From: a bacterium
GTDB taxonomy: Bacteria; SAR324; XYD2-FULL-50-16
Direction: 5' to 3'
Assembly: GCA_032250835.1 (NCBI GenBank)
Contig: JAVVEA010000012.1
Span: forward strand, 52,517-116,516
DNA length: 64,000 bases
Below are positions 40,805 to 50,989 of this stretch, one piece after another. How positions within the stretch are numbered: the first letter of the stretch is position 1; the number at the start of each line of letters is the position of its first letter. A program made the translations under genes and the position numbers. Under the pieces are notes generated by a model. It was not told the origin of the DNA, made no database searches, and was given only the letters and a program-made list of their open reading frames with translations.

Positions 40805-41427
40805 TAGTTGACGGGCTCCACCAAGAGGGAGTTGATCACTTTACGCAGGTTGGCCACATCGGCACCGACCACTTTAATGCTGTCTTGGATCACCAAGGTC
40901 GGGGTGGACTCGACCCCTTTGGCTTGAGCGTAAGCAACGCCGTCATTCATTTGCGCCACAATCTTCGGGTCGTCCATTTGGGTTTCAAACTCAGCGCTCA
41001 GGCCGGTCAACTTGGCCACAAACTGAAGCTTGTCGCGGGTGAACATGCTCTTGCCCAGTCCTTTGTCGTGCACAAAGTTAAAGATCATTTCCTTGACCTC
41101 ATGTTCCTTTTCGGGGCCCTTGCGGCGCGCGATCAGGAGCAAACGACCGGGATCGTGCCCGCCCCAGCCGATAGGCACCGAGACCAACTTAAGCCGATTA
41201 CCAAACTCCGCCTGGAGCGCCGGAAGTTGTTTGTGCAGCTCATAACAATGAGGGCAACCAAAGAAAAAAACCTCATGGACCGTGACCTGCTTAAGGCTGT
41301 GCGCTTTAGGTGCCACCGCCGGAGGAATGGGCTCGTAATGACCGTCAAGGGCCTGGGCGAAAAGCGCCGGGGCCAAGAGAGGGAAGAAGCAGAGCAGGGC
41401 CAAAGCCCCTTTAATGGGTCCCATCAT
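40804..41427 (-). CDS. DsbA-like thiol:disulfide oxidoreductase
   Basis: Signal peptide, CPHC active site, cis-Pro loop GVESTPT. Confidence 0.85.
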   Translation of the reverse strand: MMGPIKGALALLCFFPLLAPALFAQALDGHYEPIPPAVAPKAHSLKQVTVHEVFFFGCPHCYELHKQLPALQAEFGNRLKLVSVPIGWGGHDPGRLLLIARRKGPEKEHEVKEMIFNFVHDKGLGKSMFTRDKLQFVAKLTGLSAEFETQMDDPKIVAQMNDGVAYAQAKGVESTPTLVIQDSIKVVGADVANLRKVINSLLVEPVN

Positions 41428-41436
41428 CAGACTACC

Positions 41437-42675
41437 TTAGTGTTGGATCTTGGGGTAATAGGTTTCAAAGCGAAACTTGGGGGAGTGTGATCCTTGGTGG
41501 CAGGTCGTGCATACCCGCTCCGTAACGGGTTTGCGGTTCTTTTTGAACTCAGCGTCTTGGGCATGGGCTTCGGCTACAACTCCGTGGCAGTTTTCACAAC
41601 CCACGTTCTGTAACTCCGGCGTAAGCTCCTTGGAAAGGAACCCCCCTTTGCGCATCCCCTGAACGTGGCAGACGATGCAATCCGGATCGTATTGACGACC
41701 GGCCGCTTCCAAGACACTAAAGGCCTTAGAGTGATCCGAGTCAGCCCAGGCTTTGCCTGCTTTAGGGTGACAATTTACACAGTAGGCACTGCCCTTGTAA
41801 ACCCTTTTGTCCGGCTTGGCGGACTGGCTTTCGAGAAAGGCCATAAAGAGCCCCTCTACCTTTTTGTCGTAGTCTTTAAAGTCCTTGGCCCAGGAGGAGT
41901 CATTGGCCACGGTATTATCCAGCCAGTCTATGGTGGGTTTTTGCTGGACAGCACCCAGGTCGAGCCGCAAGACCCCTTGCCCCTTGATGGGCGGCTTGGG
42001 CCATTTTTTACCCCCAGCGGTTTCTTCGAAGGTCTGTTTTTCTTCAAGGATCGCTTGGTTTGCCACTAGAATTTGGTCAAAAAGCCCGGAGTCGGTTAGC
42101 TGCTGTAGCTCGGCGGCATTGCCCCGAAAGAGCAGGAGGTTCTTCCATTCCGCAGATTTAAGCCCACGGACCCGCTTAATCAGCGCCTGGGGCCCATCTA
42201 ACAGTTGGGTCTTGTGGGTTCCTTGGCTCAGCAGCTCCGGCGAGAGGTAGCCAAAAAATTTCCAACCGCCGCGGTGTTTGATCCGCTCGGTAAAGGCCAG
42301 TTCGCCTTTGTGGTTAGTCAGCAGGTAAGGCAGGCGATTCTTGGCGATCCCCCGTTTGCCCATAGAAAATTCCGCCGGACCGGGAAGCATGGCAAAAAGC
42401 CTTTGTTGGCGGAAGAGCTTTAAGAAGAGGGCGTTTTTCAGTTGCCCCTGGGGGTTCGGCTCCACCGCGTAGTTGCCTAGATCGACCCAAAGCCGGTCTT
42501 TGCCCAAGTGTTCCTTCAGGTAGGTCGCCAACCGCTCGATCCCGCCCTTTTCCTGGCCCGGCTCGCAGCCGCAGGGGCGGATTTCACCCAGGATTTGACC
42601 GGTCACACGCAGTTCTAGTGCGTCGGCCCCGAGGCTCCAAAAACAAAGACTAATTAGCAGCAGCCAGCGTTTCAT
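41437..42675 (-). CDS. Exported tetraheme cytochrome c (c554-like) with N-terminal metallophosphoesterase-like domain
   Basis: Four CxxCH (CVNCH, CIVCH, CENCH, CTTCH); N-terminal PCGC, GGIERL, VDLGN. Confidence 0.8.
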   Translation of the reverse strand: MKRWLLLISLCFWSLGADALELRVTGQILGEIRPCGCEPGQEKGGIERLATYLKEHLGKDRLWVDLGNYAVEPNPQGQLKNALFLKLFRQQRLFAMLPGPAEFSMGKRGIAKNRLPYLLTNHKGELAFTERIKHRGGWKFFGYLSPELLSQGTHKTQLLDGPQALIKRVRGLKSAEWKNLLLFRGNAAELQQLTDSGLFDQILVANQAILEEKQTFEETAGGKKWPKPPIKGQGVLRLDLGAVQQKPTIDWLDNTVANDSSWAKDFKDYDKKVEGLFMAFLESQSAKPDKRVYKGSAYCVNCHPKAGKAWADSDHSKAFSVLEAAGRQYDPDCIVCHVQGMRKGGFLSKELTPELQNVGCENCHGVVAEAHAQDAEFKKNRKPVTERVCTTCHQGSHSPKFRFETYYPKIQH

Positions 42676-43399
42676 AGCTTAAGTCCGCGTGAATTTTTAA
42701 GTAACGGCAGCCCTCAAGCCAACCGGGAACCACCACCGCATGGCCGGACTCGATGCTTTGGTCGATCGGTTCGCTCGGGTGGAAGTGGCCGACCAACACT
42801 AATTTAGGGCGTTCCTGGGCGGCCAGTTGGCGGGTCCAGTTTTCCCACTGTTCGGTAGGAAAGGACATCTTATAGTTCAGGTTGCTTTCGCGCAATTTGG
42901 CTTCTAAGCCAAACATAAGCTTCTTGGCCCAGGCCTTGGGCATCAACTCAAAGGCCCAGCGAAAGACCCGGCTACGGATCACCTTGCGCCAACGCAGGTA
43001 CGCCCGGTCTTCTTGGTTGACCAGGTCGCCATGGGTGCAGAGGAGCAGCCCTTGGGGCGTTTCGATACGGTCAAAGTCTTGGGCGATGCGCGCAAAGGGG
43101 AGGCCTTGATAGGGCGGCTCGCCGACTTGGACTTCTTTAAAAAAGGCATCCCGGTTCCCGACCACTAGGCGCGAACTCCCCCCGCGCTCCCTAAAAGCCC
43201 AGAGGGTGGCCATTAGGGCTTTGACTTCGTCGGTATGGAACCTTTCGGGCCCGGCCCAGATATGGAAAAGGTCGCCTAAGAAGATCAACTCCTGGCGGGC
43301 GGGGTCGAGGCTTAAGATCAGTTGAGTGACCGCTGCCAAATCGCCGGGACGGGCTCCTAGGTGCGGGTCGGCGATAGCGATCCATTCGGTTGCGCCCAT
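42650..43399 (-). CDS. lpxH: UDP-2,3-diacylglucosamine hydrolase
   Basis: DxH, LGDLF, GNRD, HGD, GHFH motifs and DRAYLRWR. Confidence 0.8.
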   Translation of the reverse strand: MGATEWIAIADPHLGARPGDLAAVTQLILSLDPARQELIFLGDLFHIWAGPERFHTDEVKALMATLWAFRERGGSSRLVVGNRDAFFKEVQVGEPPYQGLPFARIAQDFDRIETPQGLLLCTHGDLVNQEDRAYLRWRKVIRSRVFRWAFELMPKAWAKKLMFGLEAKLRESNLNYKMSFPTEQWENWTRQLAAQERPKLVLVGHFHPSEPIDQSIESGHAVVVPGWLEGCRYLKIHADLSYETLAAAN

Positions 43400-43504
43400 G
43401 ATCCTTATAGAAACGGGGGTTGGGTTTTGCCCCTAATAGATAGTTGGTTTGCGCCCAAACTGGCAAGTTGTAGCAAGAAACCTTCTTTTTTGCGCTCAGA
43501 CTGC

Positions 43505-43533
43505 TTGACAACAAGCGCCCGACCCCTTATAAA
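43505..43533 (+). promoter_or_regulatory. Sigma70 promoter of tRNA-Met
   Basis: TTGACA-N17-TATAAA. Confidence 0.65.
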
Positions 43534-43549
43534 TTGGGGTTCTTGTGGC

Positions 43550-43626
43550 GGCGAAGTAGCTCAGCTGGTTAGAGCGTACGACTCATAATCGTAAGGTCGG
43601 CGGTTCGACCCCGCCCTTCGCTACCA
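43550..43626 (+). tRNA. tRNA-Met(CAT), probably elongator
   Basis: Cloverleaf GGCGAAG...CTTCGCT-A-CCA, anticodon arm TACGA-CTCATAA-TCGTA, TTCGA T-loop; paired 1-72 argues against initiator; Ile2 not excluded. Confidence 0.93.
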
Positions 43627-44102
43627 CAAGCCCCCCCCTCCAAAAGAATAAGCCCGCAAAGTCAAAGGTGTTCAAGCCAGATAGAGTTCTGAGCCCTTAC
43701 CTTTTGGCTCGCCTGCCTGAACCGGACAAATTTGACGAGCCCTTAAAAATTCGCGCTAACGATGCGCCTGCTTAGCTTTGCTCCGCCGCATGGTGGAGGC
43801 AGGCCGCCCCAATCCCCGCCATTTTACGCTTTGCCCTGAGCGTCTTTAGTTTCTCCGGGGCCCGATTCCAGTGGTTCTACAAGCTAGCAGGCCGGTTACG
43901 CTGCCGAGTAGCGGCGATGAAGCCGGGAAACCATCAGGTTGGTGTATGGAAGGGCCTTGAAAAACCGCAATTTTGGGGTCAGAATAGTCAGACCAGCAGG
44001 AGCGGGCTTTCCAAGAGGCCCGGGCCCTGGAAGCAAAATAAAGCGGGGGGGCCGCACCTTAAACCGATGATGGGCTTTAAGATGAGGGGGATCATCATTA
44101 TC

Positions 44103-46080
44103 ATGAACAAGCCTTTTTTCCATCTATTTGGTCTCCTGCTGTTGGGCCTGAGCTTTTTGGGCCACAGTAGCCGCCTATATGCAAGCCCTGCGCTGATCCT
44201 CACCAATCAAGAGCAAGTCTCCCTGACGCCCTTCGTCAGTTATGCTTGGTCCGAAGTGCAGGCCATTGAGCAAGGGTTATTGCTCGACTATCAGCCCCCG
44301 CAAGAAAAAAGCCTGCTGAATTTTGGTTTTAGGACAACGCCGCTTTGGCTCCGCTTCACGCTAGAAAACCCCTCTACAAAGACCATCACTCGCTACGTCA
44401 ACATTGAATATGCCCCCCCTTGACTCGGCGACGCTCTTTGAACAGCCGGGCGGAGTATGGCAAAGCCATACCCAGGGTGATCAAGAGCCCGTTCCGCCAA
44501 ACTTTCAGGGTTGGCCCGCCTTCAGCCTCAAAATCCCGCCAGGGTCGCACCAGTACTTTATCCGGGTCCGCACCGACACGGCCTATACCTTGCCGCTCAT
44601 GCTGAGGAGCCCCGAAGGACTCCAAAAAAACGAAGCGCAAAACAACCTGATCTTTGGCCTTTTTGTTGGTGGTGCGTTTGTGTTGGCCTTTTACCATGGG
44701 TTTCTGTTCGCCACCATTGGACGCAAGGAATACGCCTACTTCGCGCTCTTCTTGATTTTTATGCCCCTGTACTTTTTCGCGAAAGAGGGCAGTTTGGTGC
44801 GGTTGCTTTATCCCGGTTCATTGTTCTGGAAAGCCAATGGATTGGCCTTTGCGCTCGCTTTTACCGGCATCTTTTTTAGTCTATTCGCAATTAAGCTACT
44901 AGAATTAAAAAAAGTCTCTCGGGGCTGGTACGGGTATTATAACGCGGGCATTTTGCTTTCCCTCCCTACCTTTGTGCTGGGCATCCTTTTTGAGGACAAT
45001 TCTGCGGCTAAATGGATCACCTGGGTCGGTTTAGCGATTGTCTGCATGAGCCCTGTGGCCAGCGGTTGGGTTTATTTTAAAACAAAAAATTCGTCGGCCA
45101 TTTGGCTCACCCTGGCGATCACGGGCTTTGCGTTGCAAGCCTTGGTTGATGGCTTAGTGGTCTATGAGGTCTCCGGCGTTGGGTTTAGCCTCAAATATGG
45201 ATACACCCTTGGGCTCGCTTGGATCGGACTTACCCTGGCGGTGGCCTTAGGTCTTTCCTTTCGGAATTCGCAAAAACGGCAAGCCCAGATGCAGCTTGAG
45301 ATGATTTCTCTGCTCGAAGACCAATCGCACAAGCTGAAACAGATGGTTGCCGAACGCACCTATGAACTACAAAAAGCCAATGAACACAAAGACCAATTCT
45401 TAGCGATTATCGGCCACGACCTAAGAGGGCCGATCAACAACGTCACTTGGCTCTTTAATAACCTGGATCAAACGCAAGAGGCACTGGACGCGGAAATGAT
45501 CGACGAGATCCGCAGTTCCATGAACAATACCCAACATCTCTTAGAAGACCTGTTAAGCTGGGCAACCAACCAGTTGGGCAACATCCAATATTCACCGGAA
45601 CCCATCCTTATTGAGCCTTGGGTCAATGAGGTGGTGTCGGTGTTTGCTGGTCAAGCCAAAGAAAAAGAGATTGAGTTCCTCGTTTCTCTGGAGGCTGGCG
45701 CGGAAGAAGTATATGCCGACAAAGCCATGGTTTCGACGGTTTTAAGGAATTTGATTTCTAATGCCCTAAAATATAGCCATCCCCAGTCCAGTGTTGAAAT
45801 CACTGCCCAAAGCGGCCCAAAAGAGGTCCGGTTCTCCGTTACCGATACAGGCATTGGGATGAGTCTATCGACCCAAGAAAAGCTCTTTAAAATTGACCAA
45901 AAGATGTCTTCGCACCAAGGCACTAATGGTGAAAAGGGGACCGGTATGGGCTTGATTTTTTGCTCCGACATGGTCAAAAAAAATGGGGGCATGATTGGTG
46001 TCCAAAGCCAAGAGGGAGCCGGTAGCACCTTTTGGTTTACGCTGCCTCGCCTGGACCCCTCCGCTACCAAAGAGCGCTGA
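44103..46080 (+). pseudogene. 7TM-DISM sensor histidine kinase split by a frameshift in a C7 tract
   Basis: 5' part has a signal peptide and DISMED2-like NFGF..WLRFTLEN; one fewer C at 44413-44419 gives EYAPLDS and joins 7TM plus HisKA (GHDLRGP) and HATPase. Confidence 0.8.
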
Positions 46081-46169
46081 GCCACCGCCAGGCACAACGG
46101 CAGGGCAAAAAGGGACCACGTGACAGGGCGGCTCCGGCACGAGGTACGGGGCCCGGTGGTTGGGGCAGG

Positions 46170-46796
46170 CTAGTTAAACGCTTCGTCAAGACGGGGCTTT
46201 AAGATCCGCACCAAAGAGGCGTGTTGCGCATCCACCAAGGCGCGGAAGATCGCTTCGGTCCGGGGGTTATACTCTAGGTCATCGGCATAGTTGATGATGG
46301 AGCCAAACCAATGCTCGCCTGAAACCAAATGACTACGGCTGCCGATGCTGTACCCGTCTAACATCATATTAAATTCGTCTAAAAAGGCGCGCCAAGCTAG
46401 GTGCTTTTTAAACAATAGGGGGTCTGCCTCTTCTTTGCGACCCTCAAAATCCTTGAAGGTTTCCTCCCAACGCTGCAAAGCGCCAAAACCTTGTTCTTTA
46501 AAATGATATAGAACTATCACGTCAAAAAATTCGGCCGCATTGGCGCGGTAGGCTTCCATGAAAACAGGCGCGAAATTGTTGATGCTGATGTAGTTGCTCG
46601 TCGCTTCATATTCGTTGGCCAGCCTAGCCAACGAGCAACCCCAATGGGTGAACGGAACCTTGCGGCGCAACCGTTCCATAACCCCACGGAAGTCTTCTTC
46701 GGTTTTCGAAACCACAAACGCCGAAGACAACTCGGTGATCATCTCCCGGTCTGCTTCGCTTAAACCTTTGAACTCAGGGTTTTTAAGGACCGTCAT
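46170..46796 (-). CDS. LuxR-type autoinducer-binding-like domain protein lacking an HTH
   Basis: NF...F...Y......DVIV..H..W pattern and DGYSIG resemble the Autoind_bind fold; ends without an HTH. Confidence 0.55.
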   Translation of the reverse strand: MTVLKNPEFKGLSEADREMITELSSAFVVSKTEEDFRGVMERLRRKVPFTHWGCSLARLANEYEATSNYISINNFAPVFMEAYRANAAEFFDVIVLYHFKEQGFGALQRWEETFKDFEGRKEEADPLLFKKHLAWRAFLDEFNMMLDGYSIGSRSHLVSGEHWFGSIINYADDLEYNPRTEAIFRALVDAQHASLVRILKPRLDEAFN

Positions 46797-47024
46797 AACA
46801 AATACCTACTCAAAAATGGCGCGGTTGAGTCAGGGGCCAGCATAGGCCTAATTTACTTTAAAGTTCAAGGAGAAAACCTTTTTAGGGGAGAATTCCTAGA
46901 GGCTTAAGCCTTTTGCGCAGGACCCCACCAACCGCCCCCCCCTGGGGAAAGGCATTAGTCTGGCACAACAGCTTTAAGAGAACCCATTTATCGGTTCAGG
47001 CTATCTTGACAAGGCCATCGGTGC

Positions 47025-49907
47025 TTAAGCCACCATCCCCCGCACAAAGACCTCAACAAATTCCTTCATCTTCGCCAAAATCCGCTCCCCAACGGCGCGG
47101 GCCTGCAAGACGCTGGGCCGGTCGCCGAGGCATTTAAAGACTTCTTCACGCAGCGGTTCTTGGGAGTTGTAGATATAAGACTCAATCAACCGGCTAAACT
47201 GCTCCCGGTCCAACCCCTCTTCCTCACAAATCCGGCCCAGGGCCAGCGTTTTTTGGTCCTGCCAATACTTTATGAATTCATCGCCGATGGCTTCGGAGTC
47301 TTCAATCTTGGGCAGGTGCTGGTCAATGAACTTTTCGATCAACTCCCGCTTGCTGCGCAGGCCTACGTTACCGCTCAACAGGTCGATGATTTGTTTCTTT
47401 TGCTGGGCTTGGTCTTTGGTTTCCGCCTCCTTGAGCTTCGCCAACAGGCGCAGGATATAGGCCACGTTGATTTCGTCTTTGTGGATCAGCTCCAGCTCAA
47501 AGTCCACTTCCGTTAAGATCGATTCTTTCTCTTTTACATGGTCGCTTTTGGAATGCTCATAGAGGTCTAAATACTTTGATTTATAGTCCTCAAAGGCCTG
47601 CTGCGTCATGGGCAAATCAGCCCAAGTAAATTCCGTGAAGCTGATCAACACGTTGCGCAGGCGCATTAGCTCACGGAAGGCCTTGATGAATTCAAGCTGG
47701 TCTTCTTCGCTCTTGAGGTCATCCACCGCCTCCACGCTGGGCGCAATGGATAGTAGTTTGCCGAAGGCACCGCCAAATTGGCGGACCAGTTCTTTATAGG
47801 GCGGCAAAAAGATGTGTTCTTTGGCGTCTTTATCGGAAAAAAGAGCAATGGCCTCGTCGGTCGCGGCCTTGAGGTTGCGGAAACAAAGAATGTTCCCCTG
47901 GGACTTTTGCTCGTTTAAGACCCGGTTGGTACGCGAAAAGGCCTGAATCAACCCATGGTGCTTGAGGTTTTTATCCACATAAAGGGTATTCAGCTTCTTG
48001 GCATCAAAGCCAGTCAGGAACATGTTCACCACCAAGAGGATGTCCAGCCGGTCTTTGGCAGGCTGCCCCTCTTTTTCTCGGTCCTTGAGGCGCTTGGCGA
48101 TGGATTTAAAATAGGCCTCAAAGCTCTTGCTGTCTTTGGTGGAAAAGCCAGTGCCAAATTGGGCGTTGTAATGGGCAATGAACTGGTCTAGCGCTTCGCG
48201 ACTATGCTGGGCTTTGGGGGTGTCTTCGGCGTCTTCCTCGGCCCACTCGGCTTCGCCTTCGAGCATCCCGTTGGCCTCTTCGTCTTCTTCGTTGGCCCCG
48301 TACGTGAAAATGGTGGCAATCCGGAGGTCGCCTTTTTTCACCTCTGGGCGCTCCATAAAGAGGCGGTAATAGTCGATCAGGTTCGGGATGCTGCTGATCG
48401 CAAAAATCGCGGAGTAGGCCTTGTTGTGGGTTTTTTGGCCGTGGTGCTCGGCGATGTAGTCCACAATCTTTTGTTTGCGCTCGGGCGCGTCGATCACCTC
48501 TTTGGTGTCCACCGCCTCGACTTCAATATCCACCTCCTCCCCGCTGTGGTCTTCGCCCCGCCTTTTATAGCGGCCAATATACTCCACCGAAAAACGCAGC
48601 ACATTTTCGTCGCCGATGGCGTCGGTGATGAGGTATTTATGCAGGCGGTCCCCAAATAAGTCCGCCGTGGTGCGTTTGCCCCGGTCGTTTTGGATGGCGT
48701 TGTCGGCGAAGATCGGCGTGCCCGTAAAGCCGAAGAGTTGGGCCTTTTTAAAAAAACCGGTGATCCGTTGGTGGGTCGCCCCAAATTGGCTGCGGTGGCA
48801 TTCATCGAAGATGAAAACCAGGTTTTTGTCCGCCAAGGGAGCCATGTCCTGCTCGAAGCGCCCGGGCCCAATCGCCCGGTTTAGCTTTTGGATGGTGGTG
48901 AGGATCAACCTGGTATCGTTGCAAAACTGCGCCACTAACTGTTTGGTGGCGTTGGTCGTGTCTACGCTATCCTTTTGGAAGGCGTTAAACTCCTGCATTG
49001 TTTGGTCGTCCAGGTCCTTGCGGTCCACCACAAAAATAACCTTATGCACCTGGGGCAGCCCCATAAGGATCTGGGCGGCCTTGAAGCTGGTCAGCGTCTT
49101 GCCCGAACCGGTGGTGTGCCAGATATAACCGTTGCCTTTTTGCTCCCGCACTTGATTGATGATCGCCTCGGTGGCGTAATACTGGTAGGGCCGCAGGACC
49201 ATCAAAATCTTCAAGGTCTCGTTGACCACCACATAATGGGCAATCATCTTGCCCACATGGTCCGGGTTTAAGAAGGCTTCAGCAAAGGGGGCCAACTCGG
49301 TGATGGTGCGGTTGCTTTCCTCGGCCCAAAAGAAGGTCTGCTTAAAGGACTGCTTGCGGTTGTTGGCGTAATACTTGGTGTTTACGCCATTGGAGATCAC
49401 AAAGATTTGGATGTACTGGAACAGGCCGACTGAAGCCCCGTAGCTGTGGCGCTGGTAGCGGTTGATCTGGTTGAAGGCTTCTTTAAGCTCCAATCCCCGT
49501 TTTTTCAGTTCGATCTGCACCAACGGCAGGCCGTTGACCAGCAGGGTCACGTCGTAGCGGTTTCTGTAGATGCCTTCTACGGTGACTTGGCTGGTCACCT
49601 GAAAGCGGTTGTTGCCCCATTTTTCTGCGTCAAAAAACCGAATATAGACGGACTCCCCGTCTTCCTTGGTCAGCTGGAACCGGTCCCGCAGCGCCTTGGC
49701 CTTAACCAGCACGTTGCCCTTCGAAAGATAGTTCACCACCTGGGTGAATTCCCTCGGGGTCAGTTGCAGGCCGTTGAAGGCCTCCAACTGTGCCTTGAGG
49801 TTAGCCAGCAAGCTCGCCTCGTCCTGAACCGACGCATGCGCGTAGCCCAGGCCTTTAAGCTGCTGGACAAGATTGGCTTCTAAGATGGCTTCGGGTTGGG
49901 TGGTCAT
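47025..49907 (-). CDS. hsdR: Type I restriction endonuclease subunit R
   Basis: QIELK, LRPYQ, TTGSGKT, DECH, FTGTP, MFLTGFD, QAFSRTNR. Confidence 0.96.
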   Translation of the reverse strand: MTTQPEAILEANLVQQLKGLGYAHASVQDEASLLANLKAQLEAFNGLQLTPREFTQVVNYLSKGNVLVKAKALRDRFQLTKEDGESVYIRFFDAEKWGNNRFQVTSQVTVEGIYRNRYDVTLLVNGLPLVQIELKKRGLELKEAFNQINRYQRHSYGASVGLFQYIQIFVISNGVNTKYYANNRKQSFKQTFFWAEESNRTITELAPFAEAFLNPDHVGKMIAHYVVVNETLKILMVLRPYQYYATEAIINQVREQKGNGYIWHTTGSGKTLTSFKAAQILMGLPQVHKVIFVVDRKDLDDQTMQEFNAFQKDSVDTTNATKQLVAQFCNDTRLILTTIQKLNRAIGPGRFEQDMAPLADKNLVFIFDECHRSQFGATHQRITGFFKKAQLFGFTGTPIFADNAIQNDRGKRTTADLFGDRLHKYLITDAIGDENVLRFSVEYIGRYKRRGEDHSGEEVDIEVEAVDTKEVIDAPERKQKIVDYIAEHHGQKTHNKAYSAIFAISSIPNLIDYYRLFMERPEVKKGDLRIATIFTYGANEEDEEANGMLEGEAEWAEEDAEDTPKAQHSREALDQFIAHYNAQFGTGFSTKDSKSFEAYFKSIAKRLKDREKEGQPAKDRLDILLVVNMFLTGFDAKKLNTLYVDKNLKHHGLIQAFSRTNRVLNEQKSQGNILCFRNLKAATDEAIALFSDKDAKEHIFLPPYKELVRQFGGAFGKLLSIAPSVEAVDDLKSEEDQLEFIKAFRELMRLRNVLISFTEFTWADLPMTQQAFEDYKSKYLDLYEHSKSDHVKEKESILTEVDFELELIHKDEINVAYILRLLAKLKEAETKDQAQQKKQIIDLLSGNVGLRSKRELIEKFIDQHLPKIEDSEAIGDEFIKYWQDQKTLALGRICEEEGLDREQFSRLIESYIYNSQEPLREEVFKCLGDRPSVLQARAVGERILAKMKEFVEVFVRGMVA

Positions 49908-50608
49908 TCTTTCCCTAATTTTGACTCGACTTCGTCTCCTACGGAGTCGCCGCTTGCATCCTCGGCCTCAATTTCTATTAATGCGTTTATCGCGTAAATC
50001 GCGTAAATTCTCGCTTTATTTTGCCCGGTTTCGGCGGCTTCTTTAATATCGCTACTAAATATACCAAGAAAAAACAGTACTAAAGCTAAAATTACCTGGA
50101 CTCTACTTCCCGTTTTTAGCTCGCTTGAAAGTGTGGCTAAGCTTTGCGCCGCATTACCAGATATATCCATATTTATCATATTTTGAGCGGAGTTTAGCTT
50201 CTGCGCTATTACTTGCTTGACAGTACCTCGATTGAAATCGTCACCAAGCCTGTCTACTTCTTCAATTAGCGATTGATGAATATCTTCGTAGGGAATGGTA
50301 TCGATGATTTCTCGTTCGGCCTTGGAAAAACAAGAAAAAACTTTTTCCAGGTCTGCCTCAGAAACCTGTTCGCTCATCTTCAGGTTTAGAGCTATGCGAG
50401 TTCGAAATTCAGGATCATTTAAGATTTTTTGAGCATCATTAACCCACAACAATAGAAGCTGAATCTGTTCTTGAGAAAAGGTTTTTTGAACCACAAAAGC
50501 AGCCTTCCTTGCAATTTCATTAGCTTGAGCAATTAGTAACGAGCTATTGGAAACGGCATTTTGGACAATTTCAGCAAATGAACGTTGGTTATTTTGATTC
50601 GTGTCCAT
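49904..50608 (-). CDS. Hypothetical AT-rich protein with a C-terminal hydrophobic helix
   Basis: 234-aa ORF overlapping the hsdR start by 4 nt; VQVILALVLFFLGIF segment. Confidence 0.7.
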   Translation of the reverse strand: MDTNQNNQRSFAEIVQNAVSNSSLLIAQANEIARKAAFVVQKTFSQEQIQLLLLWVNDAQKILNDPEFRTRIALNLKMSEQVSEADLEKVFSCFSKAEREIIDTIPYEDIHQSLIEEVDRLGDDFNRGTVKQVIAQKLNSAQNMINMDISGNAAQSLATLSSELKTGSRVQVILALVLFFLGIFSSDIKEAAETGQNKARIYAIYAINALIEIEAEDASGDSVGDEVESKLGKE

Positions 50609-50668
50609 ATATCCCTATTGAAACAAAAAATACGAAACAACCCCTTCTTAAAAGCTTCGGGTGGGGGG

Positions 50669-50983
50669 TCATTTTGGGTTGGGTTTAGCGTAAAAAACTT
50701 GGCCTACTCGGTTGATGTGGGCGATCAAGTCGGGGTTGTCTAGGGTGGCAAAGATCGATAGGTCAAACAGGTAGGGGATGGGGAGTTGGTCTAGTTCCTC
50801 GGCAATCCTCGCTAGGGTCGCAAAGTCTAGGGCTTCTCCTTTGAAGCACAAGTCTATGTCCGATCCGGTCTTGTAATTGCCCTTCGCTCGGGAGCCGTAG
50901 ACGATGGCTTCTTCCAGGTTGGGGTGTTGGGCCAGGACCCCTCGGATTTGGTCGATCACCTGTTGGCTTAATCCAAAGGGCAT
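50669..50983 (-). CDS. Minimal nucleotidyltransferase (MntA-like antitoxin)
   Basis: YGSRAKG..SDIDL (GSx10DxD). Confidence 0.9.
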   Translation of the reverse strand: MPFGLSQQVIDQIRGVLAQHPNLEEAIVYGSRAKGNYKTGSDIDLCFKGEALDFATLARIAEELDQLPIPYLFDLSIFATLDNPDLIAHINRVGQVFYAKPNPK

Positions 50984-50989
50984 GGGCGT

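Noticed and set aside
46055-46070. CCCTCCGCTACCA resembling the tRNA-Met 3' end as an att site
   Set aside because: Short, mismatched, inside a coding region, and no integrase nearby.
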